From UHGV virus genome UHGV-0365212: a stretch of 13,094 bases of DNA; one strand, given 5' to 3'. The notes under the pieces are model-generated. The model had not been told where the DNA came from. It was given only the letters and a program-made list of their open reading frames with translations, and ran no database searches. This stretch comes from a virus. Of this stretch, positions 1-7,586 are shown piece by piece. The translations under genes were made by a program, and so were the position numbers. The number at the start of each line of letters is the position of its first letter. The first letter of the stretch is position 1.

Positions 1-159
1 ATTCACAGGTTCAAAGTCATGATTAAAGCGGAACATGCTGGCGATACATGTTCTGCCTTTTCGGATGTAGTGAACTTTGTTGTGGGTAGAACGCAGGATT
101 TTGCAGGGAGTGCCGTGGTGGTCGACGTACCAGGTGTTAGGGTAAATCACTCTGAACAT
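1..159 (-). CDS. hypothetical protein, 5' portion only (ORF runs off the window start); lies downstream of exo in the leftward operon
   Basis: ATG at 159-157 (minus) with AAGG about 7 nt upstream; open frame to position 1; translation MFRVIYPNTWYVDHHGTPCKILRSTHNKVHYIRKGRTCIASMFRFNHDFEPVN...; absent from ORF track because it is truncated. No family recognised. Confidence 0.3.
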   Translation of the reverse strand, partial: MFRVIYPNTWYVDHHGTPCKILRSTHNKVHYIRKGRTCIASMFRFNHDFEPVN

Positions 160-249
160 TCTTGACCTTGTGTTGTGCGGATTGATATTCAGTGCTGATA
201 TTCACCTTTATAGCGAACACCTTTACCCGGATATTATCGTGAGGATGCG

Positions 250-930
250 TCATCGCCATTGCTCCCCAAATACAAAACCAATTTCAGCCAGTGCCTCGTC
301 CATTTTTTCGATGAACTCCGGCACCATCTCGTTAAAACTCGCCATGTACTTTTCATCCCGCTCAACCACGACATAATGCAGTCCTTCACGCTTCATACGC
401 GGGTCATAGTTGGCAAAGTACCAGGCATCTTTTTGTGTCACCCACATGCTGTACTGCACCTGGGCCATGTAAGCCGATTTTATGGCCTCGAAACCACCGA
501 GCCGGAACTTCATGAAATCCCGGGAGGTAAACGGGCATTTCAGTTCAAGGCCGTTGCCGTCACTGCATAAACCATCGGGAGAGCAGGCGGTGCGCATACT
601 TTCGTCGCGATAGATGATCGGGGATTCAGTAACATTCACGCCGGAAGTGAACTCAAAGAGGGCTCTGGCGTCGTTCTCGTACTGTTTTCCCCAGGCCAGC
701 GCCTTAGCGTTAACTTCCGGAGCCACACCGGTGCAAACCTCGGCAAGCAGGGTGTGGAAGTAGGACATTTTCATGTCAGGCCACTTCTTTCCGGAGCGGG
801 GTTTTGCTATCACATTGTGAACTTCTGAAGCGGTGATGACGCCGAGCCGTAATTTGTGCCATGCATCATCCCCCTGTTCGACAGCTCTCACGTCGATCCC
901 GGTACGCTGCAGGATAATGTCCGGTGTCAT
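250..930 (-). CDS. exo: lambda exonuclease (Red-alpha, 5'-3' dsDNA exonuclease), 226 aa
   Basis: ORF-track translation [27 protein letters not shown]...GFVFGEQWR matches my recollection of phage lambda Exo almost residue for residue; start codon overlaps bet stop (ATGA), as in lambda. Confidence 0.95.
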   Translation of the reverse strand: MTPDIILQRTGIDVRAVEQGDDAWHKLRLGVITASEVHNVIAKPRSGKKWPDMKMSYFHTLLAEVCTGVAPEVNAKALAWGKQYENDARALFEFTSGVNVTESPIIYRDESMRTACSPDGLCSDGNGLELKCPFTSRDFMKFRLGGFEAIKSAYMAQVQYSMWVTQKDAWYFANYDPRMKREGLHYVVVERDEKYMASFNEMVPEFIEKMDEALAEIGFVFGEQWR

Positions 931-1712
931 GCTGCCACCTTCTGCTCAGTGGCTTTCTGTTTCAGGAATCCAAGAGCTTTCACTGCTTCGGCCTGTGTCA
1001 GTTCTGACGATGCGCGAATGTCGCGGCGAAATATCTGGGAACAGAGCGGCAATAAGTCGTCATCCCATGTTTTATCCAGGGCAATCAGCAGAGTGTTAAT
1101 CTCCTGCATGGTTTCATCGTTAACCGGAGTGATGTCGCGTTCCGGCTGACGTTCTGCAGTGTATGCGGTATTTTCGACAATGCGCTCGGCTTCATCCTTG
1201 TCATAGATACCAGCAAATCCGAAGGCCAGACGGGCACACTGAATCATGGCTTTATGCCGTAACATCCGTTTGGGATGCGACTGCCACGGTCCGGTGATTT
1301 CTCTGCCTTCGCGGGTTTTGAATGGTTCGCGGCGGCATTCATCCATCCACTCGGTAACGCAGATCGGATGATTGCGGTCTTTGCGGTAAATCCGGCATGT
1401 GCAGGATTCGTTGTCCTGTTCAAAGTCCATGCCGTCAAACTGCTGGTTTTCGTTGATGATGCGGGACCAGCCATCAACGCCCACCACCGGAACGATGCCG
1501 TTCTGCTTATCAGGGAAGGCGTAAATTTCTTTCGTCCACGGATTAAGACCGTACTGGTTGGCGACGATCAGCAATGCGATGAACTGCGCATCGCTGGCAT
1601 CACCTTTAAATGCCGTCTGGCGAAGAGTGGTGATCAGTTCCTGTGGGTCGACAGAATCCATGCCGACTCGTTCAGCCAGCTTCCCAGCCAGCGTTGCGAG
1701 TGCTGTACTCAT
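927..1712 (-). CDS. bet: lambda Beta single-strand annealing protein (Red-beta), 261 aa
   Basis: Translation [37 protein letters not shown]...KATEQKVAA matches recalled lambda Bet over its full length; sits between gam and exo on the same strand. Confidence 0.95.
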   Translation of the reverse strand: MSTALATLAGKLAERVGMDSVDPQELITTLRQTAFKGDASDAQFIALLIVANQYGLNPWTKEIYAFPDKQNGIVPVVGVDGWSRIINENQQFDGMDFEQDNESCTCRIYRKDRNHPICVTEWMDECRREPFKTREGREITGPWQSHPKRMLRHKAMIQCARLAFGFAGIYDKDEAERIVENTAYTAERQPERDITPVNDETMQEINTLLIALDKTWDDDLLPLCSQIFRRDIRASSELTQAEAVKALGFLKQKATEQKVAA

Positions 1713-1717
1713 CCGTT

Positions 1718-2014
1718 TTATACCTCTGAATCAATATCAACCTGGTGGTGAGCAATGGTTTCAACCATGTACCGGATGTGTTCCGCCATGCGCTCCTGAA
1801 ACTCAACATCGTCATCAAATGCACGGGTAATGGCTTTTTTGCTGGCCCCGTGGCGTTGCAAATGATCGATGCATAGCGATTCAAACAGGTGCTGGGGCAG
1901 GCCTTTTTCCATGTCGTCTGCCAGTTCTGCCTCTTTCTCTTCACGGGCGATCTGCTGGTAGTGACGCGCCCAGCTCTGAGCCTCAAGACGATCCTGAATG
2001 TAATAAGCGTTCAT
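1718..2014 (-). CDS. gam: lambda Gam, RecBCD inhibitor; only the 98-aa short form (GamS) is encoded because the upstream long-form start is lost at a deletion junction
   Basis: Translation [44 protein letters not shown]...[10 protein letters not shown] matches recalled lambda Gam C-terminal 98 aa; AGGAG Shine-Dalgarno 7 nt upstream of the ATG; lambda-like 5' sequence persists only to about position 2090. Confidence 0.9.
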   Translation of the reverse strand: MNAYYIQDRLEAQSWARHYQQIAREEKEAELADDMEKGLPQHLFESLCIDHLQRHGASKKAITRAFDDDVEFQERMAEHIRYMVETIAHHQVDIDSEV

Positions 2015-2350
2015 GGCTGAACTCCTGAAAATGGCTGTGAAAATATCGCCCGCGAAATGCCAGGCTGATTAGGAAAACAGGAAAGGGGATTAGTGATTGA
2101 GGCCGTTACCGCGTCCGTCGAGAAAAACTTCCACGAGCAAATCACGGGTATAAGTGCGCTCGATGCCGCGATGCAGATAAAGCCGTCCGCGTAAATTAGC
2201 TGATGCAGTCCAGGTACCGGATACTGAAAAATTACGCCAAAACGCTGACAGTAACAGGCGTATGAAGTCAGAGATAACGACCGGTTGATACCGTTTTATT
2301 GATTTTTGCTGGCAATTGTCATGCTGGTCTGATTTTTGTGGAGAAAGTTG

Positions 2351-2734
2351 ATGCGTGATATTCAGATGGTTCTTGAGCGTTGGGGGGCATGGGCGGCTAA
2401 TAACCATGAGGATGTGACCTGGTCGTCCATTGCTGCCGGTTTTAAGGGATTGCTTCCTTCAAAAGTAAAATCCCGTCCGCAATGCTGTGATGATGACGCG
2501 ATGATCGTTTGCGGGTGCATGGCCCGTCTGAAAAAGAACAACAGCGATTTGCACGATTTATTAGTGGATTATTATGTCGGCGGTATGACATTCATGTCAC
2601 TGGCAAGTAAGCATCGTTGCTCTGATGGTTATATCGGGAAAAAGTTACAGAAGGCTGAGGGAATAATTGAAGGGATGTTAATGGCATTAGATATCCGGTT
2701 AGAGATGGATATCGTTGTTAATAACTCTAATTAA
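2351..2734 (+). CDS. Q: late-gene antiterminator Q, short phage-21/DLP12 QuuD-like type (127 aa)
   Basis: ATG at 2351 preceded by GGAGA with 7-nt spacer (the ORF-track start at 2336 is a TTG); product [26 protein letters not shown]...[16 protein letters not shown] is Cys-rich and resembles the short Q family as I recall it; positioned just upstream of a porin/lysis module as in DLP12-type prophages. Confidence 0.7.
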   Translation: MRDIQMVLERWGAWAANNHEDVTWSSIAAGFKGLLPSKVKSRPQCCDDDAMIVCGCMARLKKNNSDLHDLLVDYYVGGMTFMSLASKHRCSDGYIGKKLQKAEGIIEGMLMALDIRLEMDIVVNNSN

Positions 2735-2751
2735 TACGCCAATTATTTACT

Positions 2752-2785
2752 AAAAGTTATTAAAAATGGGGCGTTGAAACGCCCC
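2752..2785 (-). terminator. candidate intrinsic terminator for the porin gene (minus strand)
   Basis: GC-rich hairpin GGGGCG-ttgaaa-CGCCCC at 2768-2785; on the minus strand it is followed by a U-rich tract (AUUUUUAAUAACUUUUA); about 140 nt downstream of the porin stop. Confidence 0.45.
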
Positions 2786-2873
2786 CAAAAATAAAGGGTA
2801 ATATATAACAGAAGGTTTGTATAGTTAGAAGCAAGGTTGTGCTTCTAAAGGAAGTGGCTTGAGGGAGCCACTT

Positions 2874-2915
2874 ATATGTTGGGGAGGCAAAGCCTCCCAC
2901 AACATATCTTTTAGT
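2874..2915 (+). terminator. long imperfect hairpin followed by CUUUU; candidate terminator downstream of Q (tR'-like?)
   Basis: About 15-bp stem ATATGTTGGGGAGGC / GCCTCCC(A)CAACATAT with one bulge and AAA loop, then CTTTTAG on the plus strand. Confidence 0.4.
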
Positions 2916-2922
2916 AATCAAA

Positions 2923-4005
2923 TTAGAACTGGTAAACCATACCTACAGCAACGATATCATCGGTAGCAACGCCAGATGCTTTCGTGAAATCGCTCTTATC
3001 AATCAGGTTGATTTTGTAGTCAACAAAAGTGGACATATTTTTGTTGAAGTAATAGGTTGCACCTACATCAACATATTCAACCAGGTCCTGATCACCCCAA
3101 ACACCCAAGTCTTTTCCTTTAGAATGCAGGTAAGCAACGGATGGACGCAGGCCGAAGTCGAACTGATATTGTGCAACAGCTTCGAAGTTTTGTGCTTTGT
3201 TGGCAATATGGTTATTACCAAAAACAGTCATGTTCTGGGTTTCAGAATAGGTGGTGGCCAGATAGATGTTGTTCGCATCATATTTCAGACCAGCTGCCCA
3301 TACTTCAGCATTTTGACCAGAAGCATTCAGACCGTTGTTACCGTAGATAACCTGATTATTAGTGCGATCAGATTTAGCATAGGTTGCACCCACGCCGAAT
3401 CCTTCATACTCATAAGTAGTTGAGAAACCGAAACCATCGCCATTAGCTTCAGTTACTTCTTTTCGGTCATTTTTGCCCTGATACTGAGCTGCAAAGTTCA
3501 GGCCATCAACCAGACCAAAGAAGTCGTTGTTACGATAAGTTGCAACACCTGTGGTGCGACCAGTCATGAATACATCTGTTTGGGTCCAGGTATCGCCACC
3601 GAATTCTGGCAGAACGTCGGTCCATGCACCAATATCGTATGCTACACCGTAGTTACGGCCATAATCGATGGAGCCGTAGTCACCGAATTTCAGGCCAGCG
3701 AAGGCAAGACGGGTTTTATCTTTGGAGGAACCTTGAGATTCAGCGCGGTTGCCTTTGAATTCATATTCCCACTGACCGAAACCAGTCAGTTGATCGTTGA
3801 TTTGGGTTTCACCTTTGAAGCCAAGACGGGCATAAGTAGTATCACCATCATCTGCATCATTAGAGGAGAAGTAGTGCTTAGCATTAACTTTCCCGTACAG
3901 ATCCAGCTTGTTACTGTCTTTATTATAAATTTCAGCTGCCTGAGCAGACATCGCCATCAGTACTGATGCAGCTACAGCAGAAATTGCCACTGTTAATTTT
4001 TTCAT
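2923..4005 (-). CDS. nmpC: prophage-encoded OmpC/OmpF-family general porin (NmpC/Lc-like), 360 aa with signal peptide
   Basis: Translation starts [30 protein letters not shown] (signal peptide) and ends ...VGMVYQF (C-terminal Phe typical of porin beta-barrels); alternating Tyr/Gly-rich strands; AAGGG RBS; sits between Q and the holin on the opposite strand as nmpC/lc does in DLP12/PA-2-type prophages (from memory). Confidence 0.88.
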   Translation of the reverse strand: MKKLTVAISAVAASVLMAMSAQAAEIYNKDSNKLDLYGKVNAKHYFSSNDADDGDTTYARLGFKGETQINDQLTGFGQWEYEFKGNRAESQGSSKDKTRLAFAGLKFGDYGSIDYGRNYGVAYDIGAWTDVLPEFGGDTWTQTDVFMTGRTTGVATYRNNDFFGLVDGLNFAAQYQGKNDRKEVTEANGDGFGFSTTYEYEGFGVGATYAKSDRTNNQVIYGNNGLNASGQNAEVWAAGLKYDANNIYLATTYSETQNMTVFGNNHIANKAQNFEAVAQYQFDFGLRPSVAYLHSKGKDLGVWGDQDLVEYVDVGATYYFNKNMSTFVDYKINLIDKSDFTKASGVATDDIVAVGMVYQF

Positions 4006-4434
4006 CGTGAGCCCTTTTTTTTGAACTATTATTAAAAAATGATGTCACTGCGCGATAAATATTCATCTAATCAATGTGATTATTTCAAGATGTAAGTTTT
4101 GGTTTCTCGTTTAATTTGTGAAGTAGATCTCTATTTTTATCTGAACTTTTTTCTATCGAATCCTATTCATGGCTCTTGGCTGAATAAAAATAAATCTATT
4201 AGCCAATTTATATTAATGGCTGTTATTTATAAGCGCTCTATAATTTGAAGGTTCAATTTAAATTGGCTAAAAATAACGCTGGAAATTATTTGTTGGTTAT
4301 TTGTTGAGATTTGCTTATGTATTTGTAGTGGTGTTTTCAATACTCGGTAGCATTCTCGCAAATATCATTTAGTGGTTTACGTACGTAAAAAATTGGTTAT
4401 GCTGTTAAGATTGGTTACTTCGTCACACAGCTTA

Positions 4435-4466
4435 AACCCGCCGTCGAGCGGGTTTTTCCATTTTTT
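4435..4466 (+). terminator. intrinsic terminator-like hairpin about 110 nt upstream of the holin (possible tR'-type element of the late promoter region)
   Basis: AACCCGC-cgtcga-GCGGGTT stem (4435-4454) followed by TTTTT cca TTTTTT. Confidence 0.5.
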
Positions 4467-4578
4467 GAGTCTCGATATTAGCTGATAACCCAATACCTGA
4501 GTTATTCACTGACTCCGAGTCTGTTACGTTTCGTAGTATTCCCTCAATTTACACCCGCTTTGTCTGCGAGGTGGGGTT

Positions 4579-4794
4579 ATGAAATCCATGGATAAGTTAA
4601 CAACGGGTGTCGCCTATGGCACCTCAGCAGGTAGTGCCGGGTACTGGTTTTTACAGCTGCTCGATAAAGTCACGCCCTCACAGTGGGCAGCAATAGGTGT
4701 GCTGGGTAGCCTGGTATTTGGCCTGCTGACGTACCTGACAAACCTTTATTTCAAGATTAAAGAAGATAAGCGCAAGGCTGCGAGAGGTGAATAA
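4579..4794 (+). CDS. S: class II holin, phage-21 S21-type pinholin with dual-start motif (71/68 aa)
   Basis: [26 protein letters not shown]...[13 protein letters not shown]; Met1-Lys2-Ser3-Met4 dual-start arrangement; two predicted TM segments; strong GAGGTGGGG RBS; stop overlaps endolysin start (TAATG). Confidence 0.9.
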
Positions 4795-5291
4795 TGCCTC
4801 CATCATTACGAAAAGCTGTTGCTGCTGCTATTGGTGGCGGGGCTATTGCTATAGCATCTGTGTTAATCACTGGCCCAAGTGGTAACGATGGTCTGGAAGG
4901 TGTGAGACATAATCCTTACAAAGACATAGTTGGTGTATGGACTGTATGTTACGGGCATACAGGAAAAGACATCATTCCCGGTAAAACGTATACCGAAGCA
5001 GAGTGCAAAGCCCTCCTGAATAAAGACCTTGCCACTGTCGCCAGACAAATTAACCGGTACATCAAAGTCGATATACCGGAAACAACGCGCGGCGCTCTTT
5101 ACTCGTTCGTCTACAACGTGGGTGCTGGCAATTTCAGAACATCGACGCTTCTTCGCAAAATAAACCAGGGTGATATTAAAGGCGCATGTGATCAGCTACG
5201 GCGCTGGACATACGCTGGCGGTAATCAATGGAAAGGACTGATGACTCGCCGTGAGATTGAGCGTGAAGTCTGTTTGTGGGGGAAACAATGA
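4794..5291 (+). CDS. R: SAR endolysin (T4-lysozyme-family muramidase with N-terminal signal-arrest-release segment), R21-like, 165 aa
   Basis: N-terminal weakly hydrophobic Gly/Ala-rich segment [20 protein letters not shown], then E-x8-D-x5-T catalytic spacing ([18 protein letters not shown]) as in T4 lysozyme; immediately follows the holin. Confidence 0.9.
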   Translation: MPPSLRKAVAAAIGGGAIAIASVLITGPSGNDGLEGVRHNPYKDIVGVWTVCYGHTGKDIIPGKTYTEAECKALLNKDLATVARQINRYIKVDIPETTRGALYSFVYNVGAGNFRTSTLLRKINQGDIKGACDQLRRWTYAGGNQWKGLMTRREIEREVCLWGKQ

Positions 5292-5746
5292 GCAGAGTAA
5301 CCGCGATTATCTCCGCTCTGGTTATCTGCATCATCGTCTGCCTGTCATTGGCTGTTAATCATTACCGTGATAACGCAATCGCCTACAAAGAGCAGCGCGA
5401 TAACAAGGCCAGTGAACTGGAGAAGGCGAACGCCACCATCGCTGACATGCGGAAGCGTCAACGTGATGTAGCAGAACTCGACGCAAGATACACAAAGGAG
5501 CTTGCTGATGCTAACGCGACTATCGAAAGTCTCCGTGCTGATGTTTCTGCTGGGCGTAAGCGCCTGCAAGTCGCCGCCACCTGTGCAAAGTCAACGACCG
5601 GAGCCAGCGGCATGGGCGATGGAGAAAGCCCAGGACTTACAGCAGATGCTGAACTCAATTATTACCGTCTCCGAAGTGGAATCGACAAGATAACCGCGCA
5701 GGTTAACTACCTGCAGGAATACATCAGGACGCAATGCCTGAAATAA
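5288..5746 (+). CDS. Rz: i-spanin Rz (inner-membrane spanin subunit), about 152 aa
   Basis: ATG at 5288 overlaps the endolysin stop (ATGA); [38 protein letters not shown]... with N-terminal TM helix and coiled-coil region; closely resembles recalled lambda Rz. The ORF-track start at 5276 is a GTG four codons upstream; I prefer the ATG. Confidence 0.88.
   Translation: MSRVTAIISALVICIIVCLSLAVNHYRDNAIAYKEQRDNKASELEKANATIADMRKRQRDVAELDARYTKELADANATIESLRADVSAGRKRLQVAATCAKSTTGASGMGDGESPGLTADAELNYYRLRSGIDKITAQVNYLQEYIRTQCLK
5508..5693 (+). CDS. Rz1: o-spanin Rz1 (outer-membrane lipoprotein) embedded in the +1 frame of Rz, 61 aa
   Basis: AAAGGAG RBS 7 nt upstream of ATG 5508; [20 protein letters not shown] with lipobox-like VSAC, then proline-rich [13 protein letters not shown]; wholly inside Rz in another frame as in lambdoid spanin pairs. 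Confidence 0.8.
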   Translation: MLTRLSKVSVLMFLLGVSACKSPPPVQSQRPEPAAWAMEKAQDLQQMLNSIITVSEVESTR

Positions 5747-5778
5747 TTTTTTTGCAAATCACAAAGTCCATTTAATGA

Positions 5779-5802
5779 GCCTCGCGATGCGGGGCTTTTT
5801 TT
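5779..5802 (+). terminator. rho-independent terminator after the lysis cassette
   Basis: GCCTCGC-gat-GCGGGGC 7-bp stem (one G-U pair) followed by seven T; 33 nt downstream of Rz stop. Confidence 0.7.
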
Positions 5803-5951
5803 ACATCTGAATTTCACAGCGCATCTCACGCGCATATTACATCACCCGAGCCTTTCAGAAAGTTGAGCCTGAGAACTGCCGTATATGGTGGCGACCATCT
5901 CGGGGCGGCTTTTCTGTGAGACAGGCTCACTTTCTAAAAGGTAAAGACGCT

Positions 5952-6440
5952 ATGAACCAATTAGAAGAAAAGCTTCAAAGAATGATTTCCTTATACAAGG
6001 AAGATAACTGCCAAAAAGTTCCTGAAAACATCGCAGAGTTAATGGAATTGGCAAGTGAATTTTCTGGCATGCTTAAGTCGTCAGGTGTTCGGTCAGCGTT
6101 CTTTGTTGAAATGCTGATGCACGGCGGACTTATGGCAACAATGAGACGTGTAATGGAAGACCAGAGAAAAGAACCTCCTCAGGTATACGTTTTGTCATCG
6201 AAGAAAACTGGGCTAACCAAAATTGGGTATTCATCCAACATTCCACAACGCATCAAATCGCTTGGCAACTCTGGACCAGACTGCTTGAAGCTTGAGTGCC
6301 TGATCCCTGGTGGAAGAGAAACTGAAAACATGCTTCATCGCAAATTTGCCGCAAAGAGAAAGCACGGTGAATGGTTCGCCCTGTCCAAGGATGACATTGA
6401 GGGATTGAAATCTGTAGCGATTACTTCTGATGGCTATTAA
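5952..6440 (+). CDS. T5orf172/MUG113-domain (GIY-YIG-like fold) protein with an uncharacterised ~75-aa N-terminal region; moron between Rz and cos
   Basis: C-terminal half PQVYVLSSKKTGLTKIGYSSNIPQRIKSLGN...ETENMLHRKFAAKRKHGEWFALSKDDI fits the T5orf172 pattern (hydrophobic-YVL, KIGxT/S, R, E..LH..F, GEWF); ATG 5952 preferred over in-frame GTG 5916; AT-rich relative to flanking phage genes; has its own upstream gap after a terminator. Confidence 0.6.
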   Translation: MNQLEEKLQRMISLYKEDNCQKVPENIAELMELASEFSGMLKSSGVRSAFFVEMLMHGGLMATMRRVMEDQRKEPPQVYVLSSKKTGLTKIGYSSNIPQRIKSLGNSGPDCLKLECLIPGGRETENMLHRKFAAKRKHGEWFALSKDDIEGLKSVAITSDGY

Positions 6441-6754
6441 TGCTTGTTTAGAGCAATTTTCATAACAACTCTTCATTACAAAGCCCATCTACTGGTGGGC
6501 TTGATAATGAAACCGTGATTTACATCCCCACAATCCGGGTATGTAAAAGATAGTTCAGGCGAGAACGGATTTAACTAAATCTGTGCGCCACCAGTTAACG
6601 GCAGTACCACGAAACAACCCAAGCCAGTAAGTGGGGAAATAACACCGGCAGCCACTGAAAGATGAACCTCCTGCCTTATGGCAAAAAAGATTCTTTGTGG
6701 TGGCGGACTGATGGAAAGACATCCTAATTTCAGCCAAACATTGAAGGAGTTGTT

Positions 6755-6826
6755 ATGTCAGCAGAAGGTTTCAATAACCCATCAAAATTCCGGGATGAGT
6801 GGGATAGCAGCGTAAAGAGTAAGTGA
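6755..6826 (+). CDS. possible 23-aa small ORF with consensus Shine-Dalgarno (MSAEGFNNPSKFRDEWDSSVKSK)
   Basis: AAGGAG at 6744-6749, 5-nt spacer, ATG 6755; TGA stop at 6824-6826 overlaps a further tiny ATG; no homology recognised; could equally be a decayed gene remnant. Confidence 0.15.
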   Translation: MSAEGFNNPSKFRDEWDSSVKSK

Positions 6827-7118
6827 TGCCATCACAAAAGCCATTCCCTACAGAGTGGCTTTGATAATGGCTTATACCCTACACGGGATAACTTAACTGA
6901 TATCCCTTTTAAAGGATAAAGGTATTCAAGCCTGACACATCATGCGCTGTATCGTCGCCGTATTCCCGTATTAACAGAGACCGTAGCCCGACGGGGAACT
7001 CCTTCTGCGCGAGTGTGCGGGAATAATCAAAAACGATGCACACCGGGGTTACCGGGTACACATATTTCATCATGCCAGCGAGTCCGGTTCTGGCACGGAA
7101 GAAACCGGACGTTATGAT

Positions 7119-7529
7119 TTAGTGCGGAAATATTTGTGTAGTGTTCTGAATGTTCTCAGTAAAGAGTAATGAATTATCAAAGGTATAGTAATACCTTTTG
7201 TTTTCGTGGATATTTGTAATCCATCTGAAAACCCCTGCTGTAGCAAGATTTTTCCTGTATTCGTAAAATGATAACTCTCCTGATTTGAATCCTTTTAATG
7301 TGGCTTCTATAAGGCATTTATTTTTTGAAAATCTTACATTTACAACCTTACCCTGTCCTTTTATTAAAACCGTATTATCGTTTTCAAGAACAAGATGAAT
7401 ATTCTCTGTGGCTAAATAGTAAATGTAATGTGAGACATTGTGACGTTTTAGTTCAGAATAAAACCAGTGATAGTTTAAATTATTTCGCACTTTATCGAAT
7501 ATTTGTTTAAAAATGGCAACCTGAGCCAT
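7119..7529 (-). CDS. DUF1398-like small protein (YbcV / lambda right-arm orf family), 136 aa; AT-rich moron
   Basis: Start assigned to the second in-frame ATG (7529-7527) because GGAAGG lies 7 nt upstream; product [55 protein letters not shown]...; position between the lysis cassette and cos on the minus strand matches ybcV in DLP12 (from memory); roughly one-third G+C by eye. Confidence 0.55.
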   Translation of the reverse strand: MAQVAIFKQIFDKVRNNLNYHWFYSELKRHNVSHYIYYLATENIHLVLENDNTVLIKGQGKVVNVRFSKNKCLIEATLKGFKSGELSFYEYRKNLATAGVFRWITNIHENKRYYYTFDNSLLFTENIQNTTQIFPH

Positions 7530-7533
7530 TGTA

Positions 7534-7559
7534 GTACCTTCCATGTGATATGAAGGTAC
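7534..7559 (-). promoter_or_regulatory. perfect 8-bp inverted repeat (GTACCTTC / GAAGGTAC, 10-nt spacer) overlapping the RBS and first ATG of the DUF1398 gene; possible translational-control hairpin or operator
   Basis: Read directly from the sequence at 7534-7541 and 7552-7559; in the minus-strand mRNA the GGAAGG Shine-Dalgarno would pair with the upstream arm. Confidence 0.35.
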
Positions 7560-7586
7560 CTAGTCTGCACGATTATCTAAATTGCT

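Noticed and set aside
170-1986. Plus- and minus-strand ORFs of 61-158 aa nested in the exo/bet/gam region (170..376, 259..570, 833..1099, 856..1149, 1244..1477, 1275..1751, 1558..1830, 1672..1986)
   Set aside because: All lie antisense to, or out of frame within, three contiguous genes whose products match lambda Exo, Bet and Gam over their full length.
2090-2407. 105-aa minus-strand ORF spanning the deletion junction and the Q start
   Set aside because: Overlaps the Q RBS and start on the other strand, crosses the recombination junction, and has no recognisable family; more likely a chance open frame.
3124-3966. Plus-strand ORFs (99, 69 and 128 aa) inside the porin gene
   Set aside because: Antisense to a porin ORF with signal peptide and C-terminal Phe; no independent support.
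5276-5287. GTG at 5276 as the Rz start (ORF-track MGETMSRV...)
   Set aside because: The ATG at 5288 overlaps the endolysin stop (ATGA) in the canonical lambdoid arrangement and gives an N-terminus matching recalled lambda Rz ([11 protein letters not shown]...).
4863-5693. Minus-strand ORFs within the endolysin and Rz (4863..5048, 5345..5569, 5458..5658), and the TTG at 5502 as the Rz1 start
   Set aside because: Antisense to well-supported lysis genes; for Rz1 the ATG at 5508 with AAAGGAG 7 nt upstream is the more plausible start than the TTG used by the ORF track.
6555-6737. 60-aa minus-strand ORF in the moron interval
   Set aside because: No Shine-Dalgarno sequence, Trp/Cys/Arg-rich improbable composition, and overlap with a better-supported plus-strand RBS; treated as chance.
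7325-7510. 61-aa plus-strand ORF inside the DUF1398-like gene
   Set aside because: Antisense within an AT-rich gene; stop-poor only because of composition.
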